From assembly GCF_006345805.1 (NCBI RefSeq), contig NW_021833269.1, forward strand, positions 21,597 through 85,596: a DNA stretch of 64,000 nt, given 5' to 3'. Position numbers and translations under genes: made by a program. The DNA comes from Octopus sinensis (Eukaryota). Within the stretch, counting starts at the first letter, position 1, and every line of letters begins with the position of its first letter. Below the pieces are notes generated by a model. The model was given only the letters and a program-made list of their open reading frames with translations, had not been told where the DNA came from and did not search any database. This document shows positions 26,843 through 40,385 of this stretch, in pieces.

Positions 26843-27709
26843 TACTTAACTTATTCCACTAAAATTCTTCATGACGGTACCCCATTATGGTCGTACCGTA
26901 CATAATTACTGAAACAAGCAAGAGAAAATTTAAAATTCTATGTTGAAGCTTCTCATAGTAGAAGCTGTCAGGTTTGGGGTTGACATGGCGAGACAATTTC
27001 CATAACTGGCATCCTTCGTGTGTAATTGTTACTTCTGTCTTTACCATTTTAGTGAGAAAGAACCACCATATCATCAAGGTTGCAGCACAGGTCACGCGGT
27101 GAACTTTTCCGCCATTTTTGCAAGTGATTGATGGTACTCTTCTAATGGACGCTCGACTTTGTATTCGCTGTTCACTACCGTATTTCCGTCCATTGCGGCA
27201 TTTCTTCACAATCTTCGAAGACATTCTTTTGTTTTCAGACAAATTTGTCACATTTAAAACCCACATCTGTACAATGAATGACACAAAACCAATTCCATTT
27301 ACAGAACTGCTATCTCCATTATATTTCACGACAATTACATTTCTTTGTGTGTGGGAGTTCAATGTTAAGGTTTTCAGTCATTAAAGGCCATAGACTGTTC
27401 GAAATAATACAGTTTTCAAACAAATGGTTATTCTTCCCACACTTTTCTTTGTAAGCGTCCATTTTGTAGTGTAATTTGCATTCATTCTGTCGTTTTTTTT
27501 TCTGTTTGCCAAGTAGAATGTTTTGTTGATTTTCAGGTTTCCTTTTGGGGGCGAGGATCTCAATATCTAGATACCTTTTATCTTTGTATGGACTGTATAA
27601 AGAAACTTTGTTTAAAAATAAAATCATGAACATTATTAATGATAATAATGAGAATAATAATAATAATAATCACTGTTAGTACTATTATTATCATTATTAT
27701 TATTATTAC

Positions 27710-27764
<55 letters not shown>

Positions 27765-27767
<3 letters not shown>

Positions 27768-27830
27768 TAGTTTTCTTTTTATAGCGTGCTTTTACTTCAC
27801 TACCGAGCGCAGCTCTGTGTGCCTTAGGTG
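27765..27830 (-). mobile_element. Tiny 3' end of the R4/Dong family inside (TTA)n
   Basis: CAGTAGTTTT...CACTACCGAGCGCAGCTCTGTGTGCCTT matches 15598-15660. Confidence 0.8.
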
Positions 27831-27848
27831 ATTATTATTATTATTAAA

Positions 27849-28235
27849 GTGAATACACTCATCATGACTACCCGTCTGATAAGGGTACACCAGGCACGTG
27901 TATCACAACGATATGTGCGCGACATGGTGATCTCATATCAAGATTACAGCGCATGTCTGTATTGAACGAAATACACAAGTGAATTATCCAAACACTAACG
28001 AATTCCTCTCAACACATGGCTACGGATGCTCCCCCACTACTTCTGCTCATGATCAGAGATGTACATATCATCAGCCACTAAGGGACATGCTCAACCGATG
28101 AAGATCAAACAACTGACAAGCAAATCTGTGGTATTGAGCAGAATATTTGTTGTAGTCCATCTTTTATACCAAGACAAATCTACTTGATAACACTTACAAT
28201 CAGTTAAGATTAACACTTCTAATCAGTTAAGATAA
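27849..28235 (-). mobile_element. Non-coding interspersed repeat family F, flanked by (TAA)n
   Basis: Reverse-complement match to 54846-55403 (GTGCCTGGTGTACCCTTATCAGACGGGTAGTCATGATG; GCTCAATACCACAGATTTGCTTGTCA). Confidence 0.8.
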
Positions 28236-28630
28236 GAAGCCAAGGTAATTATTATTATTGTTATTATTATTATTATTAGCAACTTCGTTCAATCCTGATC
28301 CCATTTCTTGCCGAGTGTCTTCCTATCACTTAGCGCAGAGAAACCTACTGTACACATTGGTAGGCCATTAAAACAAGCACACCAGATTATTCATTTACAA
28401 AGTCATGTGATAGAGATAAAGGGGAAGATAGAGAGAAAAAAGAAAAAAGTGAAAAATAGGAAAATAAGCAAATAAAATACACGGAGAGAAAGGAAAGAAA
28501 ATTCACAGCGCCAATGCTCTTCTCAATACGTGTGACCAGTTACCAGTTAAGACAATCTTTCGCACTTCCTGCATGGATGGTAAGCCAGGGATCATTCATA
28601 AATATATCTCAGCTCCTTTCTTATCATTCC

Positions 28631-28682
<52 letters not shown>

Positions 28683-28706
28683 TATTATTATTATCATCAT
28701 TATTAT

Positions 28707-29030
28707 TCTATGTTTGACTTTTGCTTTATATTTGTACAGGTTGGCTCCAAATCCCACCCAGAGACCTCAAGATACAACAGGTTGGAAGTTAATGTTGTTA
28801 TGCCTAGTGTGCCATATATTTGGTTTTGTATTTAGTGTTGTACTAGTGAATGTCTAAAAGAAAAGCATATACGAAAATTATGTTTGTTTTAAAACTTGAG
28901 ATTGCATAGAAAGTATTTTGCGTAGGATATGAGCAGTTCCCATGAGCACTATCTTTTGAATTTCTGCCATTTTGGGTTTCCTGGTATCTGAGTTAGGTAG
29001 CAATCAGCCCCTTTTGCTATCATTCCCAAT
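28707..29030 (-). mobile_element. R4/Dong-like LINE 3' end, second subfamily
   Basis: LGMIAKGADCYLTQIPGNPK/MAEIQKIVLMGTAHILRKILSM; flanked by (TTA)n and (CTT)n. Confidence 0.8.
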
Positions 29031-29049
29031 TCTTCTTCTTCTTCTTCTT

Positions 29050-29113
<64 letters not shown>

Positions 29114-29183
29114 TATTATTATTATTATATTTTCATTATTATTTTTATTATATTATTATTATTCATTATTATTATTTTTATTA

Positions 29184-29237
<54 letters not shown>

Positions 29238-29739
29238 CATTATTATTATTATTTTATATTATTATTATTATTATTATTATATTATTATTATTATTATCAT
29301 TATTATTATTATTATTTTCTGTTTAGCTTAACCCAATATTTATCATGAAAGTGCTTCTCTTGCCATCGTTTTATCATAATCATTATTAAACCTTTGTATT
29401 GTATGTATGTGTCCCTTCTTTGGCAGTTTATATCAATATTTGGCTTTAAAAAAAAAATTATCATTTCATTAAATATAACCCCCCCCACACACACACACAC
29501 TTTATGTCTGTCTTTGTATTGCCCGCTCTCTTTGTTTTATTATTAATGACTTTGCTGTTGTTTTTGTTGTTATCTTTACCCATCATGCAAATCGTCATTG
29601 TAGGGAATCTTATTCACCTACGCTAAAATGGCTTCCAAGAGAGACATAGACAACGTCTGACTTGGTCATCGGTCACTGATAACGATAATAGCGAGAATAA
29701 GAGACATTAACACCACCACCGCCACTACTACTACTGTTG

Positions 29740-29784
<45 letters not shown>

Positions 29785-30237
29785 GTACTACTACTACTAC
29801 TTGCTGCTGCTGCTGCTGCTACCACTACAGCTACTACCATTGCTACTACTACTACTACTACTACTGCTACTATTGCTACTACTACTACTACTACTACTAC
29901 TATTGCTACTACTACTACTACAACTACTACTACTACTATTGCTGCTGCTGCTACTACTACTACTACTACAACTAATAATAATGATAATAATATTAATAAT
30001 GATAATAATAACAATAATGATAATGATTTCTACAAAAATGATATTAAGTACTACAACATAATAATACTTTCTACTGACGACGACGACGATGATGATGATG
30101 GTGGATATGGAGATGATGACGAAGATGAGGAGAGCGACGACGATAAGAAAAAATGACGACAATAATAACAACAACAACAACAATAATAATAATAATAATA
30201 ATAATAAAATAATAATAATAATAATAATAATAATAGA
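29031..30237. repeat. Trinucleotide microsatellite blocks (CTT, ATT, CTA, GAC/GAT, AAT)
   Basis: Visible at 29031-29320 and 29725-30237. Confidence 0.9.
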
Positions 30238-30574
30238 TATTATTCGCTTTTAAAATCTGGAGAAGTCAAGGCAAAATACAGTTTAACATAACAAATGCAC
30301 CCCCCCACTAGTAGGGACAGTTGTCTGTGTGGGTGTATATATACATACATATATACACATAAACAGACAAACACACACACACACATAACAAATGCACCCC
30401 CCACTCGCCGCCAGTGGCGCAGTGAGAACTCGTATGGAATACACAATAATAAATATAACATTTTAATATTCTTTTCATTTGTACGTTCTTTTATATTGCA
30501 TATTCTGTTACATAAAAGATAATATGAGAAATAGATATTATGATTGCAAATAGAATGTTTTTTAATATTAATAA

Positions 30575-30761
30575 CAACCCAATTATCTATCTATCTACCT
30601 ATATATCCATCAATCCACCCACCTACCTACCTTCCTATCTATCTATGTATCTATCTATCTGTCTATCTATCTATCTATCTATCTATCTTATCAATCTATC
30701 TTATCAATCTATCATCAATCTATCTATCCATGTATCTACGTATGTATCTATGTATCTATTC

Positions 30762-30855
<94 letters not shown>

Positions 30856-31034
30856 TCATCTATCTACCTATCTATATATCTGTCTGTCCGTCCGTCTGCC
30901 TATTTATTTATTTATCTATCTATCTACCTATCTATCTGTCTGTCTATCTATCTATCTATTTATCCATCTATTTATCATTCTATCCATCCATCCGTCTGTC
31001 CGTCCGTCCGTCCGTCCGTCCATCCATCCATATG

Positions 31035-31100
<66 letters not shown>

Positions 31101-31101
31101 C

Positions 31102-31179
<78 letters not shown>

Positions 31180-31240
31180 ATGTCTGTCTATCCATCTATC
31201 TATCTACCTATCTATCTGTATCTAACTATTTATCTGCATC
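30575..31240. repeat. (TATC)n microsatellite
   Basis: Visible; source of the 353- and 325-aa ORFs. Confidence 0.97.
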
Positions 31241-31680
31241 TCTCGCTTCCTCTCTCATTTTTATGTGTATGTGTGTGCATTTCTTTATCTCTCTATATAT
31301 GTATGTACACTGTAATTGTGTATCAACTAACAACTGCTTTTACACTTTCCATGCTATACACAAACCCTTTCTCTCTCTCCCTCAGTTTCTCTTTCATTCC
31401 CTTTTCTCTCTTTCTTTCTCTCTCTCTCTCTTTGTTTCTCACTTACAGAGACTTTCTCCATCTCTCTCCCCTTGTCTCTCTTTCTCGCACATACGTAAAC
31501 GATTGTGCGCCTACATACTAGTAGGGACAGATGACTGTGTGGGTGTATATATACATACATATATACGCATAAACAGACAGACACACACACACATAATATA
31601 ATACATGTGCATGTTGACAATATATTATACCTAGATACGTGTGCACGTATATAGATATACTGGCTTATACATACATACAA

Positions 31681-31713
<33 letters not shown>

Positions 31714-32137
31714 CAAATACATACATACAAGTGCATTCATCCATTAGCCAACTGCAGAGAATCATAAAAACACACAAAGAAATATTCCAAACAAAGCTAA
31801 ATACCATAAACACAATAAGTTGGTAAAGGTAATTTGCGATGGAAATTCTTATACACAAAATTCTTGTGTAATTCTCCAAAGTGATTCATATTAATAAAAC
31901 ACTGACGTTCCAAATTCTTCGCAATGGTCCGACAGGACAGCTTTCCTTCTCACAATGCATTCATTCCACAATTAGCATAGGTTCCATTTTATATGCGAAT
32001 ATGTTATTTTATCGACTTTTATTCTTGTCTTTCTTCATTTTTGTATTTCTCTGACAACTTACCTCTCTACTAAAAGCATACTATAACCACAGACATCACA
32101 ATATATACACATGCACACATGCGAATATTATATATAT

Positions 32138-32179
<42 letters not shown>

Positions 32180-32188
32180 ATAGATATA

Positions 32189-32220
<32 letters not shown>

Positions 32221-32316
32221 AATATATGTTTACGTATATATTTATAATAATATGTATACATATATATATATAAATATATATATATGTACTATATAATATA
32301 ATATATATATACGTAT

Positions 32317-32350
<34 letters not shown>

Positions 32351-32403
32351 AAGATATATATATAATAAATATATAGTATTTATGTATATATATAATTATA
32401 TTA

Positions 32404-32452
<49 letters not shown>

Positions 32453-32606
32453 AAATATATAAATTATATATATATATATATATATAAATATATATAAATA
32501 TATATAATATATAATATATGTTGTATATATGTATATATTCATATATATAAATATATATATATATATATATTCATATATATATAAATATGTATATATATAT
32601 ATGTAT

Positions 32607-32651
<45 letters not shown>

Positions 32652-32710
32652 CATGTATACATATATTATCTTACATATGTATATATATTAGCACACATAC
32701 ATGCACATGC

Positions 32711-32762
<52 letters not shown>

Positions 32763-33344
32763 GCTATTTATACTGTAATATACATATCATATGTATATGT
32801 ATATATAAATAGAGACATACACACATAAACACACACACACACATATATTTATATATGTATGTATGTATGTATGTATATTTGCATATTCATATACATTGTT
32901 AATAGTGAACAAAGGTGTCTACGCGAATTCATATAAATTCCATATTTTTCCTGCTTATGTAAGTCTAACCTGATATTTTATGTTTTACGTCATAAATATA
33001 CGTCTTTCGTTTTCTTTTCTTCACCTGGCTATTAGCGCCCGCTCTGTTAATGTGGGGCTGTTGGTCGTGACACCGTCGTAGATACTCAACCATTTACAAC
33101 CAGACCTACACACCCACTGACAGTCTCGGACAAGCTGATAAACACCCAATTAGGTTAACAGTTTCCTAGGATGACAGGATGAAGGATAGAGAAAAAAAAA
33201 ACACACACACACACACACAGAAACATCATGTTCAGTTAGAGAGACATGTAACCAATTCATATGAGTGTGCAGGTGAATATATTCAACTGTTTCTGAGCAG
33301 ACATATTATACATATGACAAAACTATGAAATTATATCTACCTAC

Positions 33345-34160
33345 ACATACATACATACATACATACATACATACATACATACATACATACATAATTACAT
33401 ATATACATACGTACATAATACATACATGCATACATACATACATATGTACGTACATGCATACGTACATGCATACATACATACATACATACATACATATGTA
33501 CGTACATGCATACATACATACATACATACATGCATGCATGCATGCATACATACATGCATACATACATACATGCATACATACATACATACATACATACATA
33601 TGTACGTACATACATACATACATACATACATACATACATACATACACACATACATTACATACATACATACATACATACATACATGCATACATACATACAT
33701 ACATACATATGTACGTACATGCATACATACATACATACATATGTACGTACATGCATACATACATACATACATACATGCATACATACATACATACATACAT
33801 ACATATGTACATACATGCATACATACATACATACATACATACATATGTACGTACATGCATACATACATACATACATACATACATACAACATATGTACGTA
33901 CATGCATACATACATACATACATACATACATACATACATACATACACACACATACATACATACATACATACATACATGCATACATACATACATACATACA
34001 TACATACACATACATACATACATACATACATGCATACATACATACATACATACATGCATGCATGCATACATACAATACATACATACATACATACATACTA
34101 CATACATACATAGAGGCATGTATGCATATATACCGACATATATAAATATATATGTATGGA
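33345..34160. repeat. (CATA)n array with recurring CATATGTACGTACATGCATA variant block
   Basis: Visible. Confidence 0.96.
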
Positions 34161-34162
34161 TA

Positions 34163-34470
34163 TGTGGAGGCGCAATGGCCTAGTGGTTAGGGCAGCGGAC
34201 TCGCGGTCGCAGGATCCCGGTTTCGATTCCCAGACCGGACGTTGTGAATGTTTATTGAGCGAAAACACCTAAAAGCTCCACGAGGCTCCGGCAGAGAGTA
34301 GTGATCCCTGCTGTACTCTTTCACCACTCGTTCTCCCACTCTTTCTTCTGTTGGCCTGCTCGCTTAGCCAGCGGGGTGGCGTCATTCGAAGGCTAAAACA
34401 ATGCGAACGCATTGTGACCAGCGATGTGTAACAACATCTGAAGGCCTGGTCGGTCAAGTGATCACGTGAT
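34163..34470 (+). mobile_element. tRNA-derived SINE family E (tail Y)
   Basis: TGGCCTAGTGG A-box, GTTTCGATTCC B-box; near-identical to 58391-58699. Confidence 0.9.
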
Positions 34471-34528
34471 ATGTATGGATATATATATATATATATGTAT
34501 ATACAAATATTTACATTTATATACATAT

Positions 34529-34583
<55 letters not shown>

Positions 34584-34795
34584 CAGAGAGAGATCCACTG
34601 AACATGGACCAGTGGTTAGAGTGTGGCACACGGTGCACCCGTACGGGTAATGTCGATCTGATGGCGGTATTGAGCTTTCGTGAACACAAACACGTGACCA
34701 CTATAAACAAATCATGTATGTGAGTGTTCGGCAATTTCTGGGCGAACCCTTATACGTTGTCTAACGACAAGAGAGTCCATGATATGTATATATAT

Positions 34796-35184
34796 ATATA
34801 TGTGGGAATTTACGCAAAAACAAAAAAGATGAAGACGGGTGTGTAAACAACAAACAGGTGTATTAGTTTAACGCTCAGGAAGAGAGAAAGTATTTTATGT
34901 TTCGAGCCTACGCTCTTCGACAAAAAGAACACAGAAATAAACAGGGAGAGAAAATAGAAAAGGTATAGTGGCTAACGATCTATCATGGCGAATGCATATA
35001 TATATGTACATCTCTCTCTCTCTCTCTCTCACTTTCTCAACAAACAGGTGTATTAGTTTAATGCTCGGGAAGTGAAAAGGTTTTTTACATTTCGAGCCTA
35101 CGCTCTTCAACAGAAAGGAACGCAGAAATAAACAGGGAGAGAAAATAGTAAAAAGTTTTAGTGGCTAGCGATCTATCATGGCAA
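34796..35184 (-). mobile_element. Tandem pair of ~145-bp units with degenerate hammerhead cores (Penelope pLTR-like)
   Basis: 34848-34992 and 35039-35184 are direct repeats; minus strand reads CTGTTGAAGAGCGTAGGCTCGAAA; third copy at 43811-44005. Confidence 0.7.
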
Positions 35185-36991
35185 ATCGGCGTCACCATTC
35201 GTATCATTGCATCTATCATTAATGTATCAAACTATATTCGGAGAAATTTACTGACGTTCGAATATGAGCCAGGCTAGTGCTTGATATAACAACCAAGTGG
35301 GAAGTGACTCGCATACTAATACTCAATGAGAAGCAAGCATTGTTAACACTACGACTCGCAATCAGCTGAGATAAGCGTAGTCGGAGCTTTTTGGAGCAAA
35401 GGTCGAAACGATTGGGGATGGCCTTTGGGTACTGAACGAAAGTAATTAGAAAATTGATGAAGAGAAACAATTAGTAAAAGAGAAAGGATCAGAAATTATA
35501 TTTAATTAGTGCAATTATAATTAGTGACTATGTAAAAGATAAACATGTAATCCATATATGTCAGGAATAATAATGATAATAATATGTAGATATATATATA
35601 TATATATTGCTATTGATAGATATACGTGTATATACGTGTGTGTGTTTATATATGTAACTTTAAATGTGTGCTGTGTCAACAGATGTTAGATCTATTTACT
35701 GTCTATTGTATTAGCCATATAATGTTACATACAAACATATATATCATTAACACACGTGCACAAAATCGCACATATATGTATATATATATGATAGACATAT
35801 ATATTATATATATTATATATAAAGATTATATATAATATATTATATATATATATATATATAGTGTGTGTGGTGTGTGTGTGTATTATATATATCTATTCAT
35901 CTATGTATACATTTATACATGTGTGTGTATCATTTTTAAATAAATAATCAGACAGCATCGTACGCCTCTTCTAATTAACCCGTATCCCTGGAGATTAATT
36001 ATACTCCAAGACTGGCACTCCCCTATAATGCAGAACAAAGAAGAAAATTTCAGTAAATGTAATTGTTTTAATTATTCTCCTGTAAGAAATTTCATTGCGT
36101 CATAGTAAGAAGGATGCGATGCTAATGCTTCTGTGAAGTAGGTTATAATAGAGGCGTGTAGATCACGAACGCACACGCTGACACAGTCACTCACTCACAC
36201 AAGCAGACACACACGCACACACATACACACACACACACACACACAAAGAAAAATGCATAGAAACACAGCTGCATACATTAACACACATACATGTATATAT
36301 ATATTTACTTATATATACGTATATATATATATATATATATTTAATTATATATACGTATATATATATATATATATAAATATATATACACACATATATATAT
36401 ACATATATTTGTATATATACATATATTTATATATACATATATACTTATATATGTATATACATACATATATATATATACATATATACACAATAACACACAC
36501 ACACATATATATACATACATATATATATATATTATATATATATATATATAAATACATATATATACACACACACACACACATATATATATATGCGTGTGTG
36601 TGAGTGTATATATATATATATACACATATATATGTATATATATAAATATATACATAAAACATAGAAATCTGCACATACATACATACACATATATACACAC
36701 ATATACACACACATACATACACACACACACATACATACAAAGAAACATAATTACATACATACATACATACATACATACGTACTAGCAAATATGCACCGTT
36801 ATTGATGTTGCATTTCCAACGAAGGAGCGTTGAATCTAGGTTAGAAAGCGGTACTTTCCTTTTTGGTAAGAAATATTGAAATAAAACAGAAGATGAAATG
36901 TGCTTGCCTCACGTCATCATATTACAAATGAGTGTGTTATTGCTTATTCCAATGAAGAGCGTTTTATATGAAATTATTAGCTATAATAATA

Positions 36992-37404
36992 TAGGCGCAG
37001 GAGTGGCTGTGTGGTAAGTAGCTTGCTAACCAACCACATGGTTCCGGGTTCAGTCCCACTGCGTGGCATCTTGGGCAAGTGTCTTCTGCTATAGCCCCGG
37101 GCCGACCAATGCCTTGAGAGTGGATTTGGTGGACGGAAACTGAAAGAAGCCTGTCGTATATATGTATATATATATATATATGTATGTGTGTGTTTGTGTG
37201 TGTGTGTTTGTCCCTCTAGCATTGCTTCACAACCGATGCTGGTGTGTTTACGTCTCCGTCACTTAGCGGTTCGGCAAAAGAGATTGATATAATAAGTACT
37301 GGGCTTACAAAAAGAATAATTCCCGGGGTCGAGTTGCTCGACTAAAGGCGGTGCTCCAGCATGGCCGCAGTCAAATGACTGAAACAAGTAAAAGAATAAA
37401 AGAG
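36992..37404 (+). mobile_element. SINE family B, full length
   Basis: Matches other family B copies. Confidence 0.92.
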
Positions 37405-38105
37405 TATAAAGCTATGTAAATGGTTGAAAGTTAGAACAGTTTCTCGCATCACTGTACGTGTCGTGAGGACTTTCATAAATCAATTACGCCATTAATTTAT
37501 TAGTTAATGATCTAATTATCTAATTAATCGACAAGAAAACGGGAGTGAATTAACAGCAAAGCGTGTGGTATTATAAACAACGTGACGCCTCTTTTTATCT
37601 AAACAATATGTGTGTGAGCTTAGATTCATTACATTATATATAAAAACCACACACACACAGACACACACACACCTATACACAATATTTCCTATATTGTAAG
37701 AGTATATGTATATATATATATATATATGTGTAGGTCCCGGGTTGATTCGGGGTTAACCACAGTAAATAAGGTACTCAATACATAGCAGAGTAAAATTAAT
37801 TTATTATATAGAAGGAGCTTCTACAGGACTAGAACTGTTTCATTCAAGAGAAATTTTCAGGAAGCTAGTTAACAAGAATTGTATTGGCATTTATACATTT
37901 AGGCAGGTTTAAAGGGGTGGTGGTGGGGGACTTTTTGGGGGTAGGCATAGCGTAAAAAAATCATACTTGGGGGAGTGGTCAAGGAGTCAGTGGTAAATTA
38001 GATATATATATAATATTATATATATTATATATATATATATGCGCATGTCTATACATATATACATGATGTATATGTATAATACAATATATATATATATATA
38101 TAATG

Positions 38106-38144
<39 letters not shown>

Positions 38145-38372
38145 AGTACATATCTATGGTGTGTGTGTGTGTGTGTTTGTATGCATATATGAAGAGATTA
38201 ATCTTTCGTCGAAAAGTGGGAGTGTGATAGATGTAAGTTCATAGGTACAGACAAATAATATATTTGTGGAATTAGGTACTTAAATTGAAGTACCAAATCA
38301 GGTATTATCCGCAGAGCCCGAAGGGAGGTGAATAAAGTCAAAATAATCGACAGCATCCTGTCGCGTATTTTG

Positions 38373-38430
<58 letters not shown>

Positions 38431-38494
38431 GTATATAAATATAAAATATATAACTGTACATATCTGTAGGTAGATATATAGTTATATACGAAAA

Positions 38495-38526
<32 letters not shown>

Positions 38527-38618
38527 ATAATAAATATTAGGGAATATATCCAAATTTACAGGGAAAAAAATCAGATTTAGGATTAAATCCAATTTTATAG
38601 TAAAATATTATAAAATAT

Positions 38619-38860
38619 ATTTGAGACAAAACCACTATTTTGCAAAACAAACAAGGAAAGACTTAATCAATACATAAAATTTAATAAATAGTCAAAAAAA
38701 CCGCCACTACAATCGTTTCTTGTCTTGATCGACAATCTTCAGGTGGACTTCCAATAATTCAGTTACAAATTATGAAGTCTATTTTGACTATTTATTAAAT
38801 TTTATGTATTGATTAAGTCTTTCCTTGTTTGTTTTGCAAAATAGTGGTTTTGTCTCAAAT
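38619..38860. mobile_element. Fold-back element (~80-bp arms) with a hammerhead in the spacer
   Basis: 38619-38698 is the reverse complement of 38782-38860; (TA)n on both sides. Confidence 0.88.
38704..38746 (-). ncRNA. Type I hammerhead ribozyme, intact core
   Basis: CCAC-CUGAAGA-UUGUC-GAUCAA-GACAA-GAA-AC-GAUU-GU-A-GUGG: all three stems pair and the cleavage triplet is GUA. Confidence 0.75.
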
Positions 38861-38861
38861 A

Positions 38862-38893
<32 letters not shown>

Positions 38894-39621
38894 CACTATA
38901 CACACACATATATATGCATATATATATATATATATATAGAAAGAAAGAAAGAAAAAGTGAGAGATAAAGAGAGCGAGAGGGAGATCGATCTTTCGATAGA
39001 CAGTCAGAACAGAGAGACAGACACGGAGACAGATAGATAGATATATTCTTTCGAATGTGTCTTCATTTCTGTCAGTCACATTAAAATTACTTAATGCTAC
39101 CTTCCTGATAGCCACTTGTAGATAATTTGATTGTCTTACTGTCAAATAACTTTCAAACACTTACATGCTTGCTAGCCAATAGTCTGTTGGTGACAAACTA
39201 AGTATGCTGAGTCAAAGAATATTTCAAATAGTGTATATTCACATAAGTACCTATCTTTTTCTTTCATTCCTCGAGTGTCATGTGGACTTCAGCAATCACG
39301 TGTATTAGAACGATAAGTCTTCTCACATTCTCAAGAGTATCTAGCAGACAACATACCATTAAGAAGGTAGCCATATCGTTCTAAGCTTCCCTGCGTTTGA
39401 AATCCAATTCTCTTAAAAATTACAACGAATCGGTTTCTCGAAATACTGAGAGAACTGGAGAAAATGTATGAAAGTATTTTGCCAAGAGCACAATAAATCG
39501 GCCGGTCCCAGAATCGTAAATTTAATCTTGCTATCAAAAATGCAACTCTCTTAATACTGGACCACGCTTTTTCCACATACATACATACATACATACATAC
39601 ATACATACATACATACATACA

Positions 39622-39655
<34 letters not shown>

Positions 39656-39999
39656 AATGAATACATACAAGGTTCTCTCTCACGCCAGCAGTCAAATGAT
39701 CGACACGATTCAAAGAGTAAAAGAATATAGGTTTTGTTCATTTGTTTTAATTCCTGAAGGCGGCAGTGTCGTTTACTCTGATGTTTTCATATACGAATAA
39801 GATTTACATCTTGTATATACTGTGCTACGTAATTATTTTGGATATTTTCGATTGGGGTGTTGGGTTCGACTGTTAGTCCTTCTCGGTTGTCCAACTATCT
39901 GACATTTAATTACTACCTCAGAGATTATAATTCATTGAAAGGAGGACTTGGTGGAACTTGTGAAAGGGAGACTGGTATTTTTAATTAATGTTGTTCTAG

Positions 40000-40385
40000 A
40001 TTGTTCTTTCGTCGTAGTCATTGTTGCTGTTTCTGTTTGTTTGTTGAGCGAAGCGGTCTTCGTCCCTTTAGTGGGAGAAATCCGAAACGTGGTCCTTTGC
40101 TATTCGTAAGACCCGCAGAAGAGAAAGCAGGTCAACCCCCGACACCGAGAGCATCGACGGATGGACGAATGCACATCCAGGCTCAGCGGTTGCGTAGGAA
40201 GTCGGGGAGGACAAGAAACAGGAAGAAAGAGTGAGAGAAAGTTGGGGGTGAAAGAGTACAACAGGGGTCGCTACAACCCCCTGCCGGAGCCTCGTGAGGT
40301 TTTAGGTGTTTTCGCTCAATAAACACAACGTGATCCTCCGACCGCGAGTCCGCTGCCCTAATCATTGGGCCATTGCGCCTCCACT
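40000..40385 (-). mobile_element. SINE family E head with a different tail (Z)
   Basis: Head TTTATTGAGCGAAAACACCTAAAA...CACGAGGCTCCGGCAG matches family E; tail is unrelated to tail Y. Confidence 0.75.

Noticed and set aside
33345-34160. CRISPR-like or regularly spaced array
   Set aside because: There are no unique spacers, only CATA variants, and the context is eukaryotic.
34163-34240. Functional tRNA gene
   Set aside because: The tRNA-like head continues into a SINE body, with no proper acceptor stem or terminator; the same holds for the other heads.
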